A DNA stretch of 64,000 bases from Podarcis erhardii. Its lineage: Eukaryota. The position numbers were made by a program, and so were the translations under genes. A model generated the notes under the pieces. It was not told the origin of the DNA and did not search any database. It was given only the letters and a program-made list of their open reading frames with translations. The DNA lies in NCBI GenBank assembly GCA_964252035.1, contig OZ176201.1. One strand, given 5' to 3'. Numbering within the stretch: the stretch's first letter is position 1; the number at the start of each line of letters is the position of its first letter. Positions 10,701-22,700 of this stretch are shown here, piece by piece.

Positions 10701-13700
10701 TCCCAGTGGGCCTTTGAACTATACAGTATAGGCATGCTGTTGAGGGTTGTAGAATTATTGGGTTGTTCTTGTTTTTAGTTTTTATTATGTATTTCATGTT
10801 TTTATATTGTGATTCTATGTTGTGAAGCCCTGAGACCTGTGGGTATAGGACTGTATACAAATAAAATAATAGGTGGGTATGCGGACCTTTTCTGGCACTT
10901 CCTATAAAAGCACATTCCTAGCAATCCTTTGGCTTTTCAGCTGGTCTCAAACCAGTTTATGCTGTGTATCTGTCACCTTTTGGAAGCCTGTGTCCAGGAC
11001 ACAGGGAGTGGGTCACTTCACCTGTGGGACTCTCTTGGAGCAAATGCCTGGGCCTCGGTTCTCAAGCTGTAAAATGACAGGGACGAGGGTTGTAGGGTTG
11101 CTGGGAGGGGGACTAATGTGCACACACAAAAATATGGAACAGGTTTCAAATGCGAATTCTAGTTCTTGAGATGTGCTCTCATTTCCTCAAATGTCTCCTG
11201 TTGCCTTGGGAGGAGTGCTTGTGCAGAGTCCTGCTTGTTGAATGGGGTACCTTCTACAACACATGGGAGTAGTGAGGTCCAGAATCTTATCAAATGTACT
11301 GGTCACTGAGGGCGTGCTTTGTGGGCTGGATGCCTAACTGAATGACAACATGGTTCCTATATCCTTGTAGGCAGCGGTCAAATCTCTGTTAAATGAATGA
11401 ATGTCAGATCTACAAATCTTGAACTAACCTCCAATCCCTGATAGTTCATTTCATTTCATTTTTTAAACTTTATTTATCATGTTTATATTCCCCCCTTTCC
11501 TCCAAGGAGCCCAAGGTGGCATACGTAGTTCTACTCTCTGTTTTATCTTCTCAACAATCACGTGAGGTTAAGACAAACTGGCCCAAGATCACCCAGTGAG
11601 CGTCATGGTTGAATGGGGATTTGAACCCTAGTCTTCCATATCCTAGTCCAACACACCACTACATCACATGGTCTCATTGATTTTTTTAGTCAAGCTATTA
11701 AAACATGGGATGGCTTCCCAACTCAGCATGGCCTTGGGCAATGCTGATTATTTGGATCCATTTCAATTTGTCTTCAGACCTGGGTTTGGGACAGAACAGC
11801 CTCTGTTTTGCCAGTGGATGGCTTCCATTAGGGAATGGCTTGTGAGTGTGTCCCTGTTGGTTCTTTTGCAGCTCTTAGTGGCTTTCAACATCGATTACCA
11901 TGGCATTCTTCTGCGCCATCTTGCTAAGTTGGGTCTGAGGAGGGGAGAGTATATGTTAGCACTGGTCCTTTCTGGAAGCTTTCCCACCTAGTTTACCCAT
12001 TGTATGGCAGAGGATGCTAAAAGTTCATATCCCCCAATGCGTCCTGACCCAAATAAGGCTGCTGTCCCGATTCTTTAATCAGCTGCATATCGAGGAGAAG
12101 CTCGGCATACGGAGCTGCTTCTTTCACTGCCAGGGGCATCGCTTGGTACTTAAAGAACCTGGGAAACAGATCATGATGCAGATTTGCATAAATGTACAGT
12201 GTGCCTCTGGGTAAATTAAGATGGCAAGGCTGTTGCTAGCACTGCACTTAGCTGCACAGTAAGCAAAGTTTGCTTTTTTTAATTTAAAAAGGAGGCGGAG
12301 GAAAGGGGATCTGGGGCACAGCACAAAATTCAGTTCCCCAAGCGGTGCCCCTGGTCTCTTCTACCCTATAATGGACTTTACGGATCTTGGCATGTAGCTG
12401 TTCAAGGAACAGGAGCCTTATTTGGGGCAGAGAGGGCTCTTTCCCTGGAGGCATTGCTCTACTCATTTGGCTGGTTTGCAGTAAATGCTCCAGCATAACA
12501 GCTTTGCTTGCTAGCTTCATTCTGCCGAAACCAGAAACATTAACTGTTTGCCATCCCCACGCTTCTCTCTTCACTTACCAGGACCATACAGTAACAGGAT
12601 GGCTTTTCTGTCCTCCTGTTGGATAATAATTCCCATTGTCTTTCCACCTTACTTTGGATTCAGTTCTGGGGGCACAGCGCTTGCCCCAAAGTCTTGTCAT
12701 TGCCTAGTTGTGCGCCAGTTCAGAGACTGAAGCAGCAGTGGATCAATATCTGATGTATGAGGGTTTCATTAACTAGAGTAGCCTGCTCTTCTTTTTGTAT
12801 GTAGAGCTTGTCTGAAAAGAGTTCTTCTTCTCTCTGCCGACTCATTTGGGGCAGAAGTCATTATGGGGCTCCTTTAGTTCCCCTTCTGAGTCTCAGGCAC
12901 CGAATACAGTGTGAGAACTGGTAGCTCAGCCTTGTTAAAGAGCCTTTTGCAACGTTGATACAGCCACCTTTCTTTGAAGTGTCATCTACTGGGCATTTAC
13001 CCACTGGCAAATCTCAGCAGCAGATACCACCCTGCAGTGTTCGTTCATTTTAATAGGCTTGTCTCCTGATTCTTCCTCCCCAAGGGCCTTAGTTTGCCTA
13101 CCCATGGTTTACAGCATACAACATTTTGTAAACTATTGGATGAGGGATGGGCTTTTCTGGAGTCGCTTATGCCAAGGGAAGTGCCAACCTTTCATGGGTA
13201 TTCTCTTCTCTGATTCTGCCTCTTCTGGCTTATACCTCTCCTGAGCACCTCCCTCTTCTCTCTCTGCTGCTTGCTATCATGGAGAGATTTTTTTCCTCAG
13301 AAACGATGGCTCATTTTTTCACAAGCGGGGAGTTGCCTCTGTGTGTGTAAAAAAATAAAAATCACACATATTTTACTTTGGGTGCTGGTTGTCAGGGTCC
13401 TGAACCCTATTAGTTTGTGGGCCAATTATTTTGCTTTGCTCTACTGTGGGTAAGAAGCAATAGAACTGGAGCCATATGCTAAGGGAATTACTTGGTTTGT
13501 TTTGTTCCTGTGCTAATAGATCCTAAAGCTTATCAAACTATTATGAAATGGGATTTCCGTAAACTTTCACTTTCCAGCAGTCTAGCATTTAGCTGCCAGA
13601 AGGAACATTATGTTGAACTTCCGATAGATGAGAAAGCTAGAGTCGTGTGTTTCCAGAAGTACTGGGGAGAACTTCCAGAGGGATAGATGTAATACATAAA

Positions 13701-16700
13701 AAACCCAAGAGTCTTCTGGCACCTTAAAGACTAATTGGAGGAGGGCATTCTCCCCCTTTTTGATGCACCTTACAGGCAAGCAAACTTTGTTAAGATATGT
13801 TTTTATGGGCTTCATCAGATGCTTGGAGTGCGATCCTTGGTTGTTGAGTATATTCACTTATGAGTTTAAAGACAGGAAACGTAAATTTGAAATTAAATGG
13901 TAATATAATGCAGTCTGTGATAATTCAGTTAGATATTAAATTTGCAGCAGCCGTAATTGATAATCTTAGTGTTGTTGATTAACACCTGTGGAGGGAGAGG
14001 AAATCATTGTTTCCGTTTGTTGCCCCCCTCCCGGAAACCCATGTCCTCACTGTGGAAAGATGTGTGGATCCAGAATTGGCCTCCACAGCCACTTATGGAC
14101 TCATTGTTAAGACTGCGTTCATGGAAGACCATCTTACTCAGCTACGAGTGATCGCCGAAGAAGATGATTTTTATATGAGCAATTCCAGGTGATTAGGAGA
14201 TCCAGAAAAAGAATAGTGAGGTTGAGTTTTAGTGGAAACGTATCAGATGAATATGGAAGCTTTTCTGTGTTCTCCTTTTTAAGACAGGGGACCCATGCTG
14301 TTAGCTGTCTAATGTAAGCTTGTTCTTGAAGCGTTTGGCAGACAGCGCTAGCACCTGTGCACTTTCTTGCTGCCACGTCCTCCGCAGCTGGGATGTGCAC
14401 CTGTGCTTGTGGAGATAAGCCTGCCAGTTCCCGTTGTGCCTTGTTTCAGCTGCTGTTCAGCTTGGTGCTGCAGGGATTCTGGCCCCATTGAAGAAGCTCT
14501 TTACGAGCCTCTTGAGACATAAGGGAGCCAGTTGTGGAATCAGAAGAAAAAACACGAGGATGTAATGAATCCTGTTTGCTGGACTGTCTGTTTCATTCTC
14601 CATGAGTTCTCACAGAAGAAATTGCACACTTATCACCTAACTGGCCTTTTATGGATTCCCCATTAGTCAGGTTCGCCACACTCCTGCCCATCTTTCCTTT
14701 TAAACTCTCGCCATCTCAGGTTTCCCTGTGTCTTCCAGAAACAGAGTCATGTCTCTTGCCTGCTCTGCAGGTTCCAAGTAGGGCTCCCAGTTCTTGACAA
14801 GAGTGCTAATCTGATATTGCTTTGCACATCCTAGGAGAAGCAGCAATAGCACCACCTTTGTCAGTGAGACTTCTCTTGCCCCGTGCAGCTGATTAGATTG
14901 GATTAGAAGTTCAAGGTGGACTGGAATGTGTTTGAACTTGAGGCTTGCGCCAGACAAGTTTTCTCTGAGACTGTGTAATAAGAGATGCAAGGAAGAAGAG
15001 TTCAAACTGAGTTTATTTGCAGAAGCACAAAAAGGATGGACCTCTCTGCAGCTTTTTGTGTCTCACCATAACCACCAACGCAGGATAAAACACGATCTGT
15101 TTTAAGACAAAAATAGTTTTGTGGAAAGCATAATGCTGTGTCAATTCTGTGACACATCAAACATTGTTTGTACTCCCTTATGCAGACAGCAGACATGGTT
15201 TGGATTTTATGCATTACTTTTAATACATCGCCATAACTTGTTCTGTAAACTTTTGGCTTCATACTGTGTTAAAGAAACTGACTTTTTAAAAGCATGTAGA
15301 AGAGGCTGATGTGCTGCTTTGGGGACAGGTGTGTAAACCAGGCTTGTCATGATCCCCAGCAAATTAAAAGACAGCCAGTAGCCCTGTTGAAGGGAAATAG
15401 CCAGTCACTGTCTGTCTTGTCCAAGTTTGTGAGGCTGACCTTTCTGTTCTCATGGGGGCTAAAAACCTTTTAAGAGAACAGCTGAGAATTCACCAGCAGT
15501 TGCCAGGGCCTCACAGCAGCAACCAGTCTCAGCCTTTTTTCCTTTTGAAACCTTTGTAATTGGGATCCAACTGGTCAGTGCCTTCCTGCTCAGGTGGAAC
15601 CAGCTTCGGAGAAAAGGGTCTTACGCCTAGAGAAGTGGTCTTGAACTGCACCTACCAGCAAGATCCACATGGTGCTGCTCCCGATCCTCCTTTTTCTAGC
15701 GGGCCAGGAATCGCGCCGACTCCTTACTCTGCAACTCTTACCCTGCTGCTTCCTTGCACTTTCCATGCACATCTATGCACACATGCGTCTTTGGCACCTG
15801 CATGCGTTACATTTTCGTGCACCTTCCTTTTATGTGCTGGCCGTTGCATAGCAACCACTGGCTCACAAGATGCTTAGAGCTGTAATAATGCAGCCGGATA
15901 AAACCGACCTAAAAATACCCCTTGCCCAAACCTCTCCTGGGCAGCTGGGAGGAGTGGCCGGGGAGGAGCCGGGGGGGGGCACCTTGGAAAAAGTTCCCAA
16001 ACTGAATTGCCCTCTAAGTGGCTTTGTGCGTCTCTCGTCAGCTGTCCAGCGCAGCGGGAACAGTAACAGTTTCCTGGCAGGGAGCTGAGATTGGCTGGAC
16101 TCGGTGCGTGGGAGTCTCTGCTGCTCCTTCTGCTCCAGCCGGACTGGGGATCCCTCTCCTGCTGTGTCTCTTCCCTCCCCGCCCCCTTGCACTGTCTGGA
16201 AGAGGGGGGAAGTGGAGGCTGCTGCTTGGGAAGCCATTTGGTGCTGAAAAAGTGGGTACCCAAATGTTCTGTCCTCTGCACCCCACCTTGCGCTTGGTTC
16301 TGACCTGCTAGGCCTTTCTCACCTGCCCAGTCTTGAGAGGGCATTGCCTCAAGGGCATCATCATGGGCACTGTCAGTGAGCTCTGTGCCTCCAGTTTCCA
16401 AGCCTTCCTCTTCCCCTCCACCTTGGTAGCCACCAAGCCAGGTAGGTGCTTTATATTTTGCCTCTCCTCTCTATGTCCAGGAGTGTCTTGTGCTGATGCT
16501 GGGAGAAATGAGGTGCCAGAAGTTGGGGTGTGTGCAGTATGTATATTGTCTGTGGTGGGGCCAGGATTAGTCATCCTCTCCTATGCATATTGCACTGGTG
16601 TCCCTCTAAGTGAAGGCTGCTGGTGAAAGGGGCAGGGGCCACAGCTTCAGTGCCTTTAGCTATGATGTTGCTTTCCTCTTGCTGTGATTTGGTGCACCGT

Positions 16701-19700
16701 CGTTCAGCCAAAGTGTAACCTTATCCACTGGAGCTCAAAAAAACACACAGGTGACTGAATTGCTTTGGAATGAGGAGCTTGGAAGAATCCATCCTGCTGA
16801 TTCCTTGGCTCAGGAACCAGTCTAACCTCTGTTGTACGGGTGGAAGGAAGAGGTGGCAATTGGTTCACAGCCTTGTGTTTGGTTACAATAAGGCTGAACC
16901 CAGTTCTGTGTTTTGATCCCCGTGGCAATCTGTATTTGAGTCTGAGTATGTGAGGAAACAAACTCCAGTCCATTTCACAGGCAACCTGCTCTGCTAGTCG
17001 TAGAATCATAGGATTGTGGAATTGGAAGGGACAATGAGGACCATCTAGTCCAACCCTCTGAAATGTGATACCTCAAGGACTGGCTCTCTATGTGAACCTA
17101 CCCAAACCCTGAGATCATCCTCTGAGGCCCTACAAGTGGTCCGGGGGGGGGGGTCTCAACATGAGAACAGGCCTTTTCTGTAGTGGCTCCCCATTTGTGG
17201 AATGCTCTCCCTAGGGAGGTTTGCCTGGTGCCTTCATTATGTACCTGTAAGCGCCAGGCAAAAATGTTCTTCTTTAACCAGGCCTTTGGCTGATTATACC
17301 CTTTTAAATGTGTTTGTGGGAAGAGGTGGAGGGAGGAGGGTTTTAGTTGTTGTTGTTGTCGTCTTCTATTTATTATGTATTTTGTGTTTTTATTTTGTAT
17401 TTTTATGTTGTAAACCATCCTGTGATCTACGGATGAAGGGTGGTATACAGATTTAATAAATAAATTAAAATAAACATTTTGCCCAACATGGGCCACAACC
17501 CTGAATTTAAGAGTCCCATGAGCCCTACTCATGGAGATGTTGTCCCGGTGTTTGTATATTTTCTGAAAGAGTCACTTGTGCTAACTTTATACATGTTGAG
17601 GTGTGTGTGTTTTCCACATATTCTTGTGAAGATTTCTTTTTTATTATCTGAAGTAGGTTTTCTAAAGTGTGTGAGAGGAGATCATTGTTTTGCTGATGCC
17701 TAGCAATGGGGTTGTGGCTGTGACCTCTTTTTGACCTCCCTAGAGGAAGAGCATATGCTGTAGTTGTCGTAGTTGTTGAAGTTGCATTTATATCCCGCCC
17801 TTCCTCCAAGGAGCTCAAGGTGGTTTACGTGGTTCATTTCCCCCTCTCTATTTTATCTTTACAATAACCCTGTGAGGTAGGACAGACTGTAACTGGCCCA
17901 AGGTCATCCAGCAAACTTCATAGCTGAGTTGGGATTTGAACCCTGCTCCCCCAGCTCTAACCACTGCATCACCTGTAATGGGTCACAAACTCTGGACAGC
18001 CAGTTTGGTGTCTGCATTGTGGAGTATGATGAATGGAAAGCACTGTGTTACACAAAGGCGGCTGCTGAGGCCTTAGGCCAATTCCATTCTCAACCCCATT
18101 TTCATATTAAAAAACACACACCCTATGAGCTGCCTTACTGGAGGAAGAACCTGACTAAGGCAGCTCACAGTATAATCTATTCCGTACAGTAGAATAGCAA
18201 AACAAACTGAACAGAGCCAGCAGCAAAATCGGGTAACCCTGGGAGGGGGTTTGAGGGAGGGGTGTGTTTCTAGACCTGCATACTGAATACAACAGTCATG
18301 CAACTGTTAAACCAACTACAGTTTTCACCAGTATGGAAAACTGACAATGGGCAAAATTTCACCTTGGAATGAATGTCTGCCTGTTGCACAGAGCCTCTAC
18401 TAAAGAAAGATTAGCAAGCTTACTATGTATGGGCACTTGATGAGACGGGCTTGTTTTCTGTCTCTTCTTCCTTGCTGTGTGACAACAGGATGGGTGGAGG
18501 GTACTGATTTGTCTGATGAGGGTTTGTGGTTTTAGGTTGGCGGGGAGGCTGGCAGGCCAGATAGAATGATCCAGGATTAAAGCCACTTCACAGTATGAGA
18601 CTGTTGGTTCAGGTACAGAGAGAATATAGCAGCCTTAGCACTGAAGCCTGTAACATTGAGTTCTCCGGTTCATTGGCTCAGCCCCGGGTTCTGTTATTCC
18701 TTGCATTCTGGTATTGAAAGTTTTGCTGTAGAGTACTTGGACCCAGGGAGCAGTTCTTGTGAGTTCAGTCTAGGGATGTGCAGCTGTAAAGGACAACTAA
18801 TAGAGTACAGTAGTACCTCAGGTTAAGTACTTAATTCATTCCGGAGGTCTGTTCTTAACCTGAAACTGTTCTTAACCTGAAGCACCACTTTAGCTAATGG
18901 GGCCTCCCGCTGCCGCCGTGCCGTCGGAGCACGATTTGTGTTCTCATCCTGAAGCAAAGTTCTTAAACCGAGGTACTATTTCTGGGTTAGTGGAGTCTGT
19001 AACCTGAAGCGTCTGTAACCCGAGGTACCACTGTATCTGGTATCTTTCCAACAATTTTCAGAACCTGATTTTCCCTTTTTAAAAAGAGAACAAGTTTCTG
19101 CCCCCTAGTATTTATGAAAGGCAGTGTGAATATATGGATGGATTCTTTATAAAACCTAGCCAGGGAATATGGCTGTTTCAGACCCTTCCCATCACCCCAG
19201 TCCTTGTTATTTCTTGGGTCAACAAATCTAGTTTCGTTGTTTCCCTTGCTCAGTCTGACATAGGGTTGGTACACTGGTCAGTTGATTGCCTATTTATTTG
19301 ACCATTGTCATATATGTTTGAATATTCCATGAAGGCAAGAATACCACTGCTTAGGTGGCAGATTTGCATTTTATTTCATCATGGGATTCACTTCTTGATG
19401 AGGACTGCTTGCCTCTGTAAGCGGTCAAAGGCAAGCCTAGCAACATAGAAAACCTTTTCCTACCAACCCCCTGCTACAATTGCAGCTATCTCCAAACAGG
19501 AATGCAAGTTGTTTTCATTGGCAAAGGTTGTTATTTTAATTGCATTTTAAAACAGAACAAACAGCAATTGTAAGCTGACCCTGGAGTTTTAGGATAAAAA
19601 ATGAAGAATAATCTTTCATTGACTTGTTCACATGTATAGAAACCATACTTTGCATTAATTCATTAGCAGCCTAACTTTTTGGGGGTGGGAAGTTCAAAAA

Positions 19701-22700
19701 CACAGAGTCAAAAATCCTTGGTAGTCTGCTGCATGTGACTTAGACCTACCAGTAGATCCCAGTTTAGCTTCTGTCTAGTACTGCTCCAGATGTTGTCCAC
19801 CTGCAACTTCCACCAGACTCAGGCAACATGGCAGTGGTCAGGAATGATGGGAGTTGCAGACCAGCGTTGTCTGGGTGGGCATCATGTTTATTCTGCCTCA
19901 GAACTTGGGGTTTTGGTTAAAGATTTTGAGGCTTATTTTTAGCAAAACAAACCAAGGTGAAATTGCCTGGTCTAGAAGATACCATATGTGGTTGTGCAGA
20001 ACAGGGTATTGATTCCTGTTGCTTCACAGTGAATTTCCTGAAATACAAAATGTGGAAAGTGAAATCTCATACTAGATTAGTGACTAAAGCATGGTGGGTG
20101 AGCTTGTAAAGCCACGCAGAACTCTACAGGTGAGGAAGACAGCTAAATTGTGGAGGGCAGAAAGCTTGGGGTCTAGTTGCCTTTTTCGTCTTCTGCCTTA
20201 TGAAGTATCCTGTGCAAAAAGGCATACACCTCTACTCCCAAAAAAAGATAGATCCATTCTTCTTAGGCATTCTTTTGTAGGACCAAAGTATCAACAGCTG
20301 CGTGAATTTCTACCATGCAGCCTGGCAGTAGGATAGATACTGCAGAGTAATGGCTGGCAGCCTGCAAGCTCTTGCCAAACTGGGAGAGGAATTCTGCCAT
20401 CGCCCAGTGGCTTACAAACAGGGCACAGCTGCAGTTTGTCATGAAGTATGTGAGGGGGAACCCAAGGGGCTGGTTGTGTTGTTCTCCCCACCTCTTCAGA
20501 CGTTGGGGAGAGCCGTTTCCCATATGGCTGCTAGCTCCATCCCCAACAGTCAAACAGAAGGGGATTCTGCCTTGGCAGGAGCTGGGAGGGGGAAACGGAA
20601 GCCAGATGGTGTCCATGGAAACGAGGCCTGTACTCTGCACAGCCAGGTGGCCCCAGGCAAAGCATGGCTGGGGCTGTTGTTATGCCTCAGCTGTGAGTGA
20701 AGAGGAGTGGGGTGATGGGCCCTGTGTGTGTCTGCCTCTTAAAAGTGAGGAATTGGTTGCACTTCTGCAAAAGTAATGGGCCTGGCAGACTTAGAAATGG
20801 AGTCCCTTTCCTGGCAGCGCTGAAGTCTTACCGTATCTGATGCAGCAATGAGAGGCAACTGTCATTAGGAAAACAGGATGTGGTCGCAGTAGCAGCTGAG
20901 AGCAGGAACTTCTTGTGGTGCCTTGAACCCGTTTGTGCCTGGCAACTTGGAGGAGACGGGCAAAGGTTTGTTGACAGCCGGATCTTGTCAGACGCTATTT
21001 AAACTAGAGGAGCACTCCAAAGTTTCTTAATCTAGGAACAACTTTACAAAAACCATTGTACCCTCTCTCCCTAGCTAGACCAGGTCTTTTAGCTCAAATG
21101 CCACATTCCCTCAGGGGCAGGCTGCATGCTGGTAGTGGGCAGGAACAGAGGCAGATGTGGGCATCTCCAGAGGCAAAGCTGGGTAGGGCTGTGGATGCGA
21201 ATTTTCCCTTTGTACAGGAATCCACACTAAAGCTGGAGGTTTTTATGCATAGGTATCTCTGGTCATGCTAGTATTACCACAGTGGAGGACAGCTTCCAGT
21301 CAGGCAAAATCACTCCAGGCTGATTTAGAGCAGGGGTCCCAAACTGTGACCTTTGAATCACTGGTGGTCCGTGAGCTTCATCCAAGTGGTCGGCAGCATT
21401 TCTGTGGATATGTAGTTGAAGATGGCAGGTGGCAAGTCCATCGCGTTAAATACTCCTATTGATTTTTTACAGCTTTTTTATTGCTCCTTTTATTATAATA
21501 ATGTATTTTATTGCATTGCAATTTGAATTCTGTGAAATGCAGTAAAATACAGTGTGTAAGAAATAAAAGAAGCAATAGAAATACAATTGCTGCAGCAGGC
21601 AGGAAAGTCAGTAAGTGGGCCACCAAGACCCCCATGTCCTGTGTGGGATATAAATAGGGAACCACTGCTGCAGAGTGTGGCCAGTGACGTGTGTGGTCTG
21701 GGGAGAAACCTGAGGGATGGATAAAGAGGCCCAGAAAGCCGCATTTGTCCCCCTCCACCATGGACTGAAATACCCCTACCCTTCCTCTAGGCATACAGAT
21801 TAGGTCCCCAACTGCACTGTACATTTAAAGCAGGATCATACCACTTTATACAGTTGTGGCTTCCCCCAGGAATCCTGGGAACTGTAGTTAGTTGAGGGTG
21901 CTGAGAGTTGTTAAAGGGAGCCCTGACTATTAGGTCCAGTCGTGACTGACTCTGGGGTTGCGGCGCTCATCTCGCTTTACTGGCCGAGGGAGCCGGCATA
22001 CGGCTTCCGGGTTATGTGGCCAGCATGACAAAGCCACTTCTGGCGAACCAGAGCAGCACATGGAAACGCCGTTTACCTTCCCGCCAGAGGCATACAGGAA
22101 ATATACAGAGGCATACCTATTTATCTACTTGCACTTTGACGTGCTTTCGAACTGCTAGGTTGGCAGGAGCATGGACCGAGCAACGGGAGCTCACCCTGTC
22201 ACGGGGATTTGAACCGCCGACCTTCTGATCAGCAAGTCCTAGGCTCTGTGGTTTAACCCACAGTGTCACCCGCGTCCCTTGCTGAGAGTTGTTAAGAGGG
22301 CCCTATTCCCCTTATAGAGCTACAGTCCTCAGAGTAGTGGTTTGACAGTCAATCCCTCTTCCCAGGGAACCAAAAGGTTTATTCATTAACTTCCGAATCG
22401 ATTCTTGAACTGCCTGGGAGCAAGTTTTTGAATGTCTCTGCACCTGTGTCTGATTTCCTCAGCCACAGTTTGACCACTTTTGGTTTCCAACTGCGTTTGG
22501 TGAGGTGTGTGTCTTACAAAGCTTCGTTCCAGCCAGCTCCATTGTGTGGAGTGAACTGGATGAAGTTTTTGGGCAGATTGGGAATGTGAAGATGTGTGAA
22601 TAAATCAGCAATGATGGAGAAGACTTGGAGCATCACCATGTCCCTCCTTTCTAAGGCCCTCAGGGAGAAAATGTGTTATTGTGTGTTGGGAATCTATGCA

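Noticed and set aside
12182-12189. Octamer ATTTGCAT (also the reverse form at ~57400)
   Set aside because: An 8-mer is expected a few times by chance in 64 kb on two strands; no snRNA-type PSE or other support.
16363-16380. N-myristoylation of the exon 1b leader
   Set aside because: Glu at position 6 breaks the MGxxxS/T consensus; kept only as an open question.
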